A stretch of 64,000 nt of DNA from Candidatus Marinacidobacterales bacterium (GCA_965237955.1 OZ250169.1:2432001-2496000); one strand, 5' to 3'. Positions 31,428-42,670 are shown, counted from the first letter of the stretch. Numbers and translations are program-made. The notes: a model not told the origin generated them from the sequence alone.

Positions 31428-31862
31428 CTACTCCCCTCTCCGAGGCCGTCGGCGCTCCTCGCGTCTCAAGGCGGGCGCGAGCCGAGGTTGAATAAGACTG
31501 AAGTGCGAAATGTAGTAGTTGAAGGCACCTTCGTTCCCCGCGGGATGGACCGTCGCGTCGAACGACCGGCCTCTCGATGGCTTGATGGTGTAAATGCCCT
31601 CCGTTACGCTGTCATGGATCGAGCCACGGAACACGAGTGAGAACTGTTCGAGATTACGATTCGACGAAATTTCGTGAATTTCTACGAGCTCTACACGATG
31701 CCAGTGCTCGCCTTGCAGCTCGAAGAACTCGTTCAAGTTTCTTCGCAGGCGTCTCGCCCGCAGCTTGCGTCGACGGGGCGCGGCTGCCAGAAGCGAAATG
31801 TTGAATGTGCTGGCAACGAGAGTCGCCAACAAACTCCGAACGAACGCACGGCGATCGATCAT
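31428..31862 (-). CDS. DUF6916-like protein with a twin-arginine (Tat)-like signal
   Basis: MIDRRAFVRSLL; LVEI...EQFSLVFRG...EGIYTI...YISHFS; adjacent to the tail-collar gene. Confidence 0.65.
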   Translation of the reverse strand: MIDRRAFVRSLLATLVASTFNISLLAAAPRRRKLRARRLRRNLNEFFELQGEHWHRVELVEIHEISSNRNLEQFSLVFRGSIHDSVTEGIYTIKPSRGRSFDATVHPAGNEGAFNYYISHFSLIQPRLAPALRREERRRPRRGE

Positions 31863-32104
31863 TGTCCTCGTGAAGAGAAGTGAGATGCGTCGACGGTCAA
31901 GCTGCCCCCCGCTAGTTCGATCGCGAGTATAACAGCGCTTAGCGGCTGCGCGGCACATGTTTCTTCAAAAAACATCCCAGAGCGCGCTATCTGTCGGAAA
32001 CTCTTACAAACGTAAGAACGAAGACAATTGTTTGGAGAGGTGCGAGTTGTGCGCGTTGTTTTCAGTTCGAGACGGAACGGGTGTCGGCACGCCTTACAAA
32101 TGCG

Positions 32105-32506
32105 TTACGGCGCGCGCGATGCACGCACCACCGAGCTTGCTTGCGGGCCCATGTGTTTCGTCACCAGGCGGAAGAAGATCCCCGACTCCTTCAAGCTCAT
32201 GATGTGCTTGCTCAAGGCAACGCGGAGCCCCGAGCCTTTGCGCATTGCGAAACCGAAGTGCTGGCGTTCGCCGAACGTGAGCGAGATCTCGAGCCCGGGA
32301 TAGTCGTCGATCACCGGGATGATGGCACTGGAGTCGCCGGCTGCGGCGCGGATCTCACCGCTCGCCACCGCGGAGAGTAAGCCCGGTATGCCGTCTCGCT
32401 GAACCACTTCCACGCCCCCTATTTTCGACAACCCTTCCTCGGCCGTCGTTTTCGCGAGTGCGCCGACTTGTGAACCCGTGAGGTCTTGGAGTGACGTGCT
32501 GGTCAT
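32105..32506 (-). pseudogene. C-terminal half of an amino-acid-type ABC substrate-binding protein
   Basis: LQDLTGSQVG...SGEIRAAAGD...FGFAMRKGSGLR...LKESG; no signal peptide or N-terminal lobe. Confidence 0.55.
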
Positions 32507-33392
32507 TTCCGTGTATCAACGTGATCGCGATGGACGAGTGCCACGCCGGCGATGGTGGCGATGCCGCCGAGCACGGAGAGAAGCTCGGGGTCTCCCCCAA
32601 GAGTGCCCACCCGAGCAAGTACGCAAGGACGGGCACGAGATAGAGCAAAGTGACGGCCCTCGAAACCGGGAGCTTCGAGACGATGTGCCCCATCGCAGAT
32701 ACGCACCCGCGGAGGGTCCGATACCGAGATAGAGTGCCACCAGGCTTGCCGAGCGTGGCGCCATCGTAACCGCGTCGATGAGCTCAGGTGTGAACATCGA
32801 GAAGCATCAGAAATCCACACACGGTGGATACTGTGGTGAGCTCGAGCGCGCCGTAGCGCCCGAGCATGTCTTTCTGGACGATGAAATAGACCGCCTGTGA
32901 GATCGCCCCAACCAGAACGAAGATCGCGCCCATCTCGAGCGTCAGGCCGCCACCGTTGGTGACGTTGGCACCAATCGAGACGAGCCCCGCACCCGCGAAC
33001 GCGATCGCCATGCCCAACGCACCCCGCCGGCCCAAGTGATCCTTCAAAAACATTGCCGCCAGCAGCACCGTGAATACGGGCGTGGTATTGACGAGAAGAC
33101 TTGCGGCCCCGGCACTCACGGTACGCTCGCCGGCATTGAGCGCGACATGGTAGATGAACACTCCGGTGAGGCCGAGCGTCGCGAACCCGAGCCAATCCGG
33201 ACGAGTTGCCCGGCGCAGAGACGCACCCCGTCCGCTGGCGACCATGTAGCTCGTGAGGAGAATTGATGCAACCAGGAAACGGAAGAGAGCCAGTGCGCCC
33301 GGGGAGTAGTGCTCAATCGCGACACGAATGCCGACGAACGCGGACGCCCACAGAAAAAGCGTCACCGCGAGTACGACACCGACACGATGCAT
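32503..33392 (-). pseudogene. EamA/DMT transporter, frameshifted
   Basis: LWASAFVGIR...SPGALALFRF...LLYLVPV...LGETP...GGIATIAGVAL across several frames. Confidence 0.8.
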
Positions 33393-33433
33393 GGTTAGGT
33401 CTTAGCAGAGGATGGCGTCGTGGGGGAATTGAT

Positions 33434-33574
33434 TCAGGACAGTTGGGAGAAGAAATCGTTTTCCTTGTCGTCGACGACGATGAACGCCAGAAACTTCTCG
33501 ACATCGATGCAGAAAATCGCATCCATGCCGAGCTCTTCGTACTCGACGACCTCCACATGCTTGATGGACTCGAG
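33434..33574 (-). pseudogene. C-terminal remnant of class I fumarate hydratase
   Basis: [40 protein letters not shown] matches the FumA/B terminus (ELGMEA...FPAFIxVDDKGNDFF). Confidence 0.7.
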
Positions 33575-33982
33575 ACGGGGCTCGTTCTCTATCTGAGACA
33601 GGAAGGCCGGTGGATCGGCCTTATTAATAAGGTTAAGGCCTATGCGCTCCAGGACGAGGGCCTCGACACCGTCGAAGCAAATCTCGTCCTCGGCTTCCGC
33701 GACGCCGAGCGGGATTACGCCATTGCAGCCCACATGATCATGAGCTTGAACGTCAAATCCATCGAGCTCATGACCAACAACCCGCGCAAGGTCGAGCAGC
33801 TGACGCACAACGGGGTTCACGTGAGCCGGCGCTTACCGCACGTGATCCCCCCGAACGGACACAATCGCTTCTACCTGGAGACGAAACGCGACCGCTCGGG
33901 CCACGTCATCGACTTCGCCGGGAAGCCCCACCTCATGGAGCAGAGCGACCCCGTCCTCGTCGACGGCATGCCCGAGACTTGA
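33569..33982 (+). pseudogene. ribA: C-terminal remnant of GTP cyclohydrolase II
   Basis: [32 protein letters not shown]...MTNNPRK...YLETKRDRSGH; zinc-binding N-terminal half missing. Confidence 0.8.
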
Positions 33983-33994
33983 AGCCTGGCGAGG

Positions 33995-35662
33995 CTACTG
34001 TAGTCCTTCGATCTGGCCGTTTCTGAAGTCGATGTCCTCCGCGCGCGGCTTCCGCGGAAGACCGGGCATCCGCATGATGTCTCCGGTCAAGACGACGAGG
34101 AATCCAGCCCCGGCGTTGATCTGAAACCAGCGCACGGTGACCTCGAAATTATCGGGACGGCCGCGGAGCTTGGGATCGTCCGAGAGCGAGCTCTGTGTCT
34201 TGGCGATGCAGACCGGAAGCTTCTCGTACCCGAGCCGCTTGATGTCGGCGAGATCGCGTTCCGCCGCCTTGGTGAAGACGACGTCTCTGGCTCCGTACAT
34301 CGTCTGAGCCACTTTGCGGATCTTGTCGGGCACGGGATCGGACAGCTCGTAAAGAGGTGTGTACGCGGTGTGATGCGCGCGCGCTTGCTCCATCACGGTC
34401 TTGGCGAGCTCGATCGCGCCTTCGCCACCTTTCGCATGGTGGTCGGAGATGGCGAACGGTACGTTGAGCTCGGCGCAGTGCTCACGGACGACACGGATTT
34501 CTTCGTCGGTATCGTTGCCGAACCGGTTCAGAGCGACGACGGGCGGTTGTCCGAAGTGGCGGATGCTCTCGATGTGCTTGTCGAGGTTGGGGAGACCGGC
34601 TCGCACAGCATCCGCGTCGGGCTCGGCGAGCTCTTTCTGATCTTTGCCACCGTGCATCTTGAGCGCGCGGATCGTCGCCACCAGCACGACGCACGCGGGG
34701 TCGAGCCCGGCCGAGCGACATTTGATGTCGAAGAACTTCTCGGCGCCCAGATCGAACCCAAAACCCGCTTCGGTGACGACCCAGTCGGCGAGATGGAGCG
34801 CGGTCTTGGTCGCGATGACGCTGTTACATCCGTGGGCGATGTTCGCGAACGGCCCACCGTGGATGAGCGCCGGCACGCCTTCGAGTGTTTGCACCAGGTT
34901 CGGGTTCATCGCGTCGCTCAACAGAGCGAGCATGGCGCCGGAGACGTTGAGCTTGTCGGCGGTGACTGGCTCTTTGTCGCGGGTAAAGCCCACGAGCGTC
35001 CGGTCGAGTCGCTCTCTCAGATCATTCTCGTTCTCGGCGAGACAGAGGATCGCCATGACTTCGGACGCGGCGGTGATGTCGAATCCGGTTTCGCGCGGAA
35101 TACCCTGGAGGGGCCCGCCGAGGCCGACGACGATGTGTCGCAACGAGCGATCGTTCATGTCGATGACCCGTCGCCAAAGCGTCCGTCTGGGGTCCAAGCC
35201 GAGCGCGTTTCCAAAATGAATGTGGTTGTCGAACGCTGCCGCGAGAAGATTGTGCGCCGTGGTGATGGCGTGGAAGTCGCCGGTGAAGTGCAGGTTGATG
35301 CGCTCCATCGGATACACCTGGCTCAAACCGCCGCCGGTCGCACCTCCCTTGATCCCCATGCACGGTCCGAGAGAAGGCTCACGAAGAGCGAGACACACGG
35401 ATTCGTCCAGCTGGTTGAAGCCTTGAGCGAGCCCGATGCTGGTCGTGGTTTTACCTTCGCCAGCCGGCGTGGGTGTGATCGCCGAGACCAGGATCAACTT
35501 GGAGCTCTTGTTTCGGGGAGGTTTGTCGAGAACGGACACGTTCACCTTGGCGATGTATCGTCCGTAAGGCTGCCACTCCTCGGCGGTGAGCCCTAGTTTT
35601 TCCGCGATATCGCCAATGGGTTTGGCGTCAGTGGAACGGGATATTTCGATATCAGTTTTCAT
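33995..35662 (-). CDS. fhs: Formate--tetrahydrofolate ligase
   Basis: TPAGEGKTT, LREPSLGP, INLHFTGDFHA, HGGPFANIAHGCNS, MRMPGLP. Confidence 0.97.
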   Translation of the reverse strand: MKTDIEISRSTDAKPIGDIAEKLGLTAEEWQPYGRYIAKVNVSVLDKPPRNKSSKLILVSAITPTPAGEGKTTTSIGLAQGFNQLDESVCLALREPSLGPCMGIKGGATGGGLSQVYPMERINLHFTGDFHAITTAHNLLAAAFDNHIHFGNALGLDPRRTLWRRVIDMNDRSLRHIVVGLGGPLQGIPRETGFDITAASEVMAILCLAENENDLRERLDRTLVGFTRDKEPVTADKLNVSGAMLALLSDAMNPNLVQTLEGVPALIHGGPFANIAHGCNSVIATKTALHLADWVVTEAGFGFDLGAEKFFDIKCRSAGLDPACVVLVATIRALKMHGGKDQKELAEPDADAVRAGLPNLDKHIESIRHFGQPPVVALNRFGNDTDEEIRVVREHCAELNVPFAISDHHAKGGEGAIELAKTVMEQARAHHTAYTPLYELSDPVPDKIRKVAQTMYGARDVVFTKAAERDLADIKRLGYEKLPVCIAKTQSSLSDDPKLRGRPDNFEVTVRWFQINAGAGFLVVLTGDIMRMPGLPRKPRAEDIDFRNGQIEGLQ

Positions 35663-35672
35663 CGTTTTACCT

Positions 35673-36547
35673 TCACTCCGCGTCGCGCATGAGCGCGTGG
35701 ACTTTTTCGTGATAGAGAGAGATGAGTTTTTGGGTAACGGGTCCGGGACGGCCGTCGGCTATGGGTTGCTCGTCGACTTTCACGATGGGAACGACTTGTC
35801 GGGACGACGCGGTGATGAAAACCTCGTCGGCACCGAGAAGCTCGTCGGGAAGCAGAATTCTTTCCTCGAGATAGAATCCGCCTTCGCGTGCGATCGACAC
35901 AACGAGCTCCCGGGTAATGCCCTCGAGAATGCCTGCCGAGATCGGTGGCGTTGCGATCGTAGCGTCGGTGACGACGAAGACGTTCGACATCGACCCTTCG
36001 CAAACCTCGCCCTTCGGGTTCAGCATCAACGCCTCATAGGCGCCTTGCTCGTGCGCTTGGCGAAGAGCCATGAGATTGTTCAGCAAGTTGGACGACTTGA
36101 TCCGCGGGCTCAGATTGCCTCGGCCGGCACGCATGATGGACACGAAGGACGCCGTCGCCCCATCTTTGTAGAGACTCTCGGGGAACGGCGGCAGCGGGCG
36201 CACCACGACAACGATGGTCGGTTTCTTGGTGGAGCCTTGGCGGTAGTCGATGGCCCCGACGCCGCGGAGACGACGATGCGGATGGAGGATTCGGCGTTTC
36301 CCGAATCTTCGAGGGTCTCGTAGACGCGTCGCGTCAGCGTCTCGTCGCTCTCGACGATGTCGATCCCGAGTGCGAGCGCCGACTCGCGTAGCCGTTTCAG
36401 GTGCCGCTCGACCAGAAACGGTACGCCGTCATAGGTCCGCACGGTTTCGTAGACGCTCGCCCCGAACAGAAAACCCTGGTCCAGAGGGGACAAAAGGCGG
36501 TCCCGCTCGGATCCCAGCTGCCCGTCGACGTTGATGCGTATGGTCAT
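35673..36547 (-). pseudogene. Class IV PLP aminotransferase (IlvE/PabC-like), one frameshift near 36260
   Basis: DQGFLFGASVYETVR...HLKRL, then IKSSN...EGSMSNVF...ILEGITR...ADEVFITAS...GPVTQKL. Confidence 0.85.
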
Positions 36548-38346
36548 GCCCAGCCTCGAGTCACAAACTCGCTATTATCCCTCGAAGGCGGGGCGGCTGG
36601 ATAGTGGAATCTCGAAGGTACCGAACGCGCGACGATGGTGCAGCCGGAGCACCGTTAGGTTTCATTGCGCTCGTGCATAGCGTACCCTGAAGGCTTCATG
36701 CGTCGATTGGTGATCGCGGTCTCTGTTGCTCTTTCGGTTGCGTGCACTGAGCCTGACCCGCCGCCCGAACCAAAGCGCGACGCATCGCAAGGGGCGGGTA
36801 AACACGTCCAGCTCTTACACCTCGATGGCTACCGACCCGATTTGACCCGGACGCTCCTCGAGGCCGGAAGGCTTCCCCGCCTCTTTGAGCTTCGAGCGCG
36901 CGGTCGCATCTCTTACCAGGCCACGACCGTCGACAAATCGGAGACGATGAAAGTCATCCAGTCCTATCTGACGTCGCAGCTCGATACCAGGGTCGCTGGC
37001 TGGTGGCAATTCGATCGGGAGCGGTTTCGGTTCGCGAACTACTGGCTCGACCCGGCCGAGGTGTTGAACTACGCGCTCGGTCTCGAGTTTCCGGTGAGCC
37101 CCACGATCCAGGACTTTCTCGCGGCGCGCGCGCAAAATCTCGTTGCCGGGATGAGCCTCGCCCGCCGAAGCGTTCCTTTCGAGAATTACGGGCGCTCCTA
37201 CCTCGAAGGCGTGGCTGCCGTGTCGGCTCACACTTATCACGAGCAAGCGGACGCGACGACGAAGAGTTTTCTAGAAATTCATCGCCGGATCGTTCGTGAC
37301 GGCGAGCAACCTCCAGCGCTCTCGACGTTGCTGCTCGCGGCAGCCGACGAGTTCTCGCATGCCTACGGTGTGACCACGGCGCGCGACGAAGCCGAGCACT
37401 GCTTCCGTCGCGATGACGATGGTATGGATAGCACCGTCTTTCGTTTGCTGAACGAGGATTCGACCCTCCGGGATTTCGAGACACGCTACTTTACCCGCGT
37501 TGCTCGAGGCCGCGGGGGGGCCGCCGACGAAATCTGCATCGAGCTCCCGTTGATCGAAGGTCGTCGAGCGGAGCCCCGTTATGTTCTATCCATGATCGTT
37601 GTCGACATCGAGCTTGGCTACGTCATCGATTTTTTCAAGAGCGTTCGCTTCGACGACGGCGAATCTCTTTTCGACCGCACCCTTTTTATCGTGTTTGGCG
37701 ACCACGGCATGGTCGACACCGCGAACGGCATGGTAGACCGGGCCGGCGGCGAGAGCTTGATCACCTATCTGAATCGCCGGCTCGGGCTCGAAACCGGGCA
37801 GCGGGAGACGGCGCTTCCCGACGATATCGAGCTCGGAATCGACTACCAGCACCTGCCGCGCCGATTACGCCAGCCGGAGAGTTATCGTGAGTGGCAGAGT
37901 GAAAACGTCCGCGCCCTCACCGAAGAGGCGAGCTTGTGGTCGCAGGAGTTTTATCGAGAAGGGCGCGAGCTGCTGCTCACCGACTTGCACGAGAGCTACT
38001 GGTGGCTATTTTTTCTAAGGCGGCTTCTCGTCGATCCCAAGGTTGACGAAGCTCTCGATCCCGTGGCCGAGCAAGCGCTCGCTACGTTCCGAAACCTCTA
38101 CCTCCGAAGCCGTCCGGAGTACCTGGCCGCCGAGACCGAGGCGAATCGCGACTTCTACGACCGGAACGTGCGGCTGGTGTATGGAGGCGGTGCCCGGAAC
38201 AACGCGGAGGTCTTCATCCCCGTCTGCGGAGCCAACCGAGCTTGCTCGTGGGAGCGTCGACCCAGCTACGACGAGATTCTGAGGTATCGAGACGGCGCTC
38301 TGATGGAGGCGCTGGTCGAGAACCCGGGCGTCGGCCTTATCTTTAT

Positions 38347-40065
38347 GGTTCTCCTGTCGTTTCGGGGGATCTGATTTGTGTTGGAGGGCATGGCCTATGG
38401 ACGCTGCCGCGATTGTGGAAAACGCCGGAAACTCCGGGCGAGAGAGGCGTTTAGGGAAAGGTTGTGAGCACGTACAAACGTGGAGCGGCGTTTTCCACAA
38501 TCGCTTGGAAAACGCTTCGCGTTTCCCACGAGCGCCCACAGGCCCCTCCTGATATATATACAAGAAAGATTAATTCATATGGAATAAGGAAGGGGGGGCT
38601 CGATTAGTGGAGGCTATGGAAAACGCCCTTCCAGGCTTCGAAGAGAACTCAGTCGTGAGCAAGGTCTGAACGACCAGAACCGTGGGGGCGTTTCCCACAG
38701 CCTCGTCTCCCGCTGAGGGGCAGTGGCATTTGGTGAGGCCCGTGGGTTGAGAGGGTAAGCCATGTGTAGATGCGCATCGGCGAGAACGCTAGAATCTTTT
38801 TTTCCGAAAGAGAAAAGAGCGTTCCCGCGATGCGCGTTACTACGTTAGTCAACAAGCTCATCGGATTGCAAGGCCTGTGGGTCCGAGGTTTCCACTTCCA
38901 GGCGGACAAAGCCAGAGTGGTGGTGGATGTAGTACCACGGAGGAGGAAGCCTCTGTGCGGGATTTGCGGACGAAAGGTCCGCAAGAACAAAGATCGCTAC
39001 AATCGCTACTGGCGGCACTTGGACCTGTTCGGAGTCCGGACCTATCTTCGCTACTCGATCCGACGAGTGGTATGTCGGCGGTGTGGAGTGGTCAGAGAAA
39101 AGGTGCCTTGGGCCGACAAGGGAAGCCGCTTTACCAAAAGCTTCGAACAAGAGGTAGCGTGGCTGGCACAGAGGACGGACGTCAGCGCCGTAGCGAACTA
39201 TTTCCGAGTGACGTGGCGTTCGGTGCGACGGATCATCCAGCGAGTGGTTGCCGAGCAGCGGGATGAGCGGCGCGAGCTCGATGGATTGCGGGTGATTGGG
39301 ATGGACGAGATCAGCTACCGCAAACGCCACAAGTACTTAACAGTGGTAATAGACCATCTCAGCGGCCGGGTCGTCTGGGCGGGAAAGGAGCGCAAGGCCA
39401 AGACGCTGCTGCGGTTTTTCCGCAAGCTCGGACCACAAAGAGCCGCGGAGCTCGAAGCGGTCAGCATGGACATGTGGGAGCCGTACATAACTGTCGTCGG
39501 CAAAAAGGCTCCTCAGGCACGGGTGATCTTTGACCGCTTCCACATCGTCAAGCATCTGAACGAGGCCGTGGATAAGACCCGGCGCGAGCTGGTGCGCGAG
39601 CTCAAAGGGACTGCCCGGCGCAACCTCAAGAACACCAAGTTTCCCCTTCTCAAGGCCAAACACAACCGCAGCGCGAAAGACAAACGGGTGCTCCGCGAGC
39701 AGGTGCGAGCTAATCGTCGCCTCTACAGCGCCATGCTTCTGCGCGACGACTTCATGGACCTCTACACCTACAAAACCGAGACATGGGCCAAGAAGTTTCT
39801 CCGAGGATGGCTGCGGCGCGCTATGAGCTCGAGGATAGAGCCCGTCAAACGCGCGGCGAAGATGATCCGCAGCCACTTCGATGGCGTCATCGCGTGGGTC
39901 ACGTGGAGACTCAGCAACGGCCGACTCGAAGGAATGAACAACAAAATCCGGCTGCTGAGCCACCGCAGCTTTGGACTCCACTCTGCCGAAGCTCTCATCA
40001 GTCTCGTCTACCTAAACTGTGGCGGTCTCACCCTCGAGAGGATCCACTGAAATGGCAGGAGAGGC
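38347..40065 (+). mobile_element. ISL3-family insertion sequence
   Basis: Imperfect IRs GGTTCTCCTGTCGTTTC / GAAATGGCAGGAGAGGC; 8 bp TSD ATCTTTAT (38339-38346, 40066-40073). Confidence 0.92.
38830..40050 (+). CDS. ISL3-family transposase
   Basis: CGIC...CRRC zinc finger, IGMDE, VSMDMW, FDRFH, SNGRLEGMNNKI. Confidence 0.95.
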   Translation: MRVTTLVNKLIGLQGLWVRGFHFQADKARVVVDVVPRRRKPLCGICGRKVRKNKDRYNRYWRHLDLFGVRTYLRYSIRRVVCRRCGVVREKVPWADKGSRFTKSFEQEVAWLAQRTDVSAVANYFRVTWRSVRRIIQRVVAEQRDERRELDGLRVIGMDEISYRKRHKYLTVVIDHLSGRVVWAGKERKAKTLLRFFRKLGPQRAAELEAVSMDMWEPYITVVGKKAPQARVIFDRFHIVKHLNEAVDKTRRELVRELKGTARRNLKNTKFPLLKAKHNRSAKDKRVLREQVRANRRLYSAMLLRDDFMDLYTYKTETWAKKFLRGWLRRAMSSRIEPVKRAAKMIRSHFDGVIAWVTWRLSNGRLEGMNNKIRLLSHRSFGLHSAEALISLVYLNCGGLTLERIH

Positions 40066-41225
40066 ATCTTTATTAGAAGGAACAACGAGGCGTACTCAGC
40101 CGGTGCCCGCCTTCCGGCTCAGCTCGAGGTGGAGGTGCGTGACCGCGAAGGTCATCGGGGCGTGATCACGGTGAGCCAGGATGCGGCAACGTCCGCGCTC
40201 GTGTTCCACTATCGAACCGATCCAAGCTCCGATGCGGACCCTCTCGGTTACGAAGCGTGGGGGCGCGGCGACGGGACGTTCGGCACGTACAACGAGTGGA
40301 ACGATCGGACGATCGACAGCGACTACGTCAATGTCGTCGGGGGGATGGGCGCGTATCTCTACTCGCACAACCCGGCGATTGGTGATGTCGTCGTGATGCA
40401 CGCCACCAACTGGAATTTCGGGGAGAACGTTGGAGGGCATGGCGGCGTTCATGGTGGCGAGAAGCGTACTGTGATGCTCGTATCCAATCCGGGCGGTCCG
40501 GGCGGCCCCGGTGTCGGCTCGGGAGAGCTACGAGCTCGAGCTCGCTACGCCACGACCGAGGATGGCTCCGTCATCCAAGTCGAGGGCAAAACGCATGTGC
40601 CTACCCTTCTCGATATCGCGCCGACGGCGCTCTCGTTTCTCGGCTATGCGCCAGAGGAGCTCGACGCCTTTGCCGAGAACGAGTTCAAAGCCCACTTGGA
40701 CCAATGGATCCGTTCTCAGCACGACGACATTCTCGTTCACCTCGAAACGATGAGTTCGCTCGAAAAAGCGAAAGACGAAGCCGGCCTTCCCGAGTTGAGC
40801 TTGGAGCCGCTCATGCCGCGCATTTCCCGCCTCCTCGAGTTCGTGGGGACGGCTCGCGAGAAAACCTTGGCGCGCGTCGCGCCGCGACCGATATTGGGGA
40901 ACGAGCTGATCATCGAATGAAGTCCGCCAAAGTCGTTTCCGTCAACGTCGGTCGTCTTTCGCATCTACAGCCGCGATCGCGACGAGGTCAAAAAGCTTCT
41001 CGACGTAGCCGAGCTTTCAGAAAGCTGGCGGAAAGCTGGCGATCGTGGGCCGAGCGCCGTCTCCAGAAGAAATGACCAGCGCTATCAGTAGGGAAGACTT
41101 GCTTCACTTGAGAGGTATCGCCGGGAGTTGTTTCAGGGTCCGATTCGCTGGGTCGATCGTGATACCGACAGATTCCAGCGCCGTGATCCCCAGGAGCGGC
41201 TCTCGGCCCTCGGGACCGAAAATCA

Positions 41226-42670
41226 GGAGATGCCCCTGAGATAGTTGAAGGTTAGGAGTGGCGGCTCCTAAGGCCGGGTTCGATAGAATCCGGCTGTGAA
41301 GGAAAAAGAAAGGAGCCACCACGATGTCAAATTACCAAATCATCGATGCGAAGAACAGGAAGAAGCTTCGAGAGATACTGAGCTCGAAGGGGCAAGCTCT
41401 GTTGCCGTTCTTGGATGCGATTGAGCGAACCGAGATAGCGATCGACGAAGTGATCGACGTTGCTGGCCGAGCGACGATCGAAGCGGTCTTGGATCTGTCA
41501 GCCCAAAGTGTGGCTGGGGAGAAACACCCGGGGAAGAAGGGTAGCGATGTTCGCTGGCACGGCCGGCAGGGTGGCGTAGTAAGCCTTGCGGAGCGGAAGT
41601 TGAGAGTGAGCCGGCCACGTCTGCGGCGTAAGGGAAAGGCAGAGGGAGGGGAGGTTGCGATTCCTGCCTACGAAGCGGTGAACAACTCGTCTCGGCTGAG
41701 CCAACGCATCTGGGAAATCCTGATGCTGGGTGTGTCGACGCGCAAGTACGCGTCGGTTCTTCCCGAGATGGCGGAGACGGTAGGGGTTAGCAAGAGCGAG
41801 GTGAGCCGTGAGTTCGTGGAAGCAAGCGCGGAGCAGTTGCAGGGGCTGATGGAGCATCCGCTGGACGAGCTGGAGATCGCGGTCGTGTACCTGGACGGGA
41901 TTCGCTTCGGCGAGCACCACGCGCTGGCGGCAATCGGCGTAGATACAGAGGGATACAAGCATGTTCTGGGGCTTCGGGATGGAGCATCGGAGAACCAGAT
42001 AGTGTGCAAGGCGCTGCTGGAGGACCTGGTCGAACGAGGCCTGAGCCCAGAGCGGTGTCGGCTGTTCGTGATCGATGGCTCCAAGGCGCTACGGGTCGCC
42101 GTCGACGCTGTGTTCGGTACCCACAACAAGGTCCAGCGTTGCAGGAAGCACAAGGAGCGCAATGTGCTCGGTTATCTGCCGCAGGAGCTGAAGCCGCAAG
42201 TGCAAGCGAGCCTGCGTTCGGCCTGGCAGCTCCCAGCAAAGAAGGGCAAAGCGCGGTTGGAGCAACAGGCGAAGTGGCTCGAGGACGACTACCCCTCGGC
42301 GGCGGAGAGCATCCGGGAGGGGCTCGACGAGATGTTCACCATCAACGAGCTCGACCTCCCCGCATCTCTGAAACGCTGCCTTGGATCGACGAACACCATC
42401 GAGTCGTGCTTCAGCGGTGCGCGAGGTCGTACCCGTCGCGTCACCCGCTGGCGCAATGGCAAGATGGTTCTGAGATGGGCCGCTTCGGCTCTGCTCGCCA
42501 CGGAGAAAAATTTCCGTCGTATCATTGGATACCAATCGCTACCGATCCTCGAAGCGAAGTTAGCGGAGGTCACTGAGAATCAAGCGCTCGACAAGCACGC
42601 CAAAGTCGGGTAAACCATGTGTCAGGAGCCGCCACCACCTCGAACCTTCAACTATGGTGGGGGCACCTCC
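41226..42670 (+). mobile_element. IS256-family insertion sequence
   Basis: IRs GGAGATGCCCC...ATAGTTGAAGGTT / AACCTTCAACTAT...GGGGCACCTCC; 8 bp TSD GAAAATCA (41218-41225, 42671-42678). Confidence 0.92.
41324..42613 (+). CDS. IS256-family (mutator) transposase
   Basis: GVSTRK, VYLDG, FVIDGSKAL, VQRCRKHK, STNTIES. Confidence 0.95.
   Translation: MSNYQIIDAKNRKKLREILSSKGQALLPFLDAIERTEIAIDEVIDVAGRATIEAVLDLSAQSVAGEKHPGKKGSDVRWHGRQGGVVSLAERKLRVSRPRLRRKGKAEGGEVAIPAYEAVNNSSRLSQRIWEILMLGVSTRKYASVLPEMAETVGVSKSEVSREFVEASAEQLQGLMEHPLDELEIAVVYLDGIRFGEHHALAAIGVDTEGYKHVLGLRDGASENQIVCKALLEDLVERGLSPERCRLFVIDGSKALRVAVDAVFGTHNKVQRCRKHKERNVLGYLPQELKPQVQASLRSAWQLPAKKGKARLEQQAKWLEDDYPSAAESIREGLDEMFTINELDLPASLKRCLGSTNTIESCFSGARGRTRRVTRWRNGKMVLRWAASALLATEKNFRRIIGYQSLPILEAKLAEVTENQALDKHAKVG

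Larger units (their letters stand above)
36698..40920 (+). pseudogene. Alkaline-phosphatase-superfamily lipoprotein interrupted by ISL3
   Basis: Lipobox LSVAC, LLHLDG, DEFSHAYG, FGDHGM, GGHGG. Removing the IS and one TSD restores the frame (VGLIF-IRRNNE). Confidence 0.8.

Noticed and set aside
34370-35596. Long antisense ORFs (this one, and e.g. 49637-50641 and 54371-55501)
   Set aside because: Shadow frames of well-identified genes, expected at high GC.
33995-35662. Wood-Ljungdahl pathway locus
   Set aside because: fhs occurs alone, without acs, folD or metF neighbours.
38390-38705. CRISPR array
   Set aside because: The repeats are inverted and irregularly spaced, with no repeat-spacer periodicity or cas genes.
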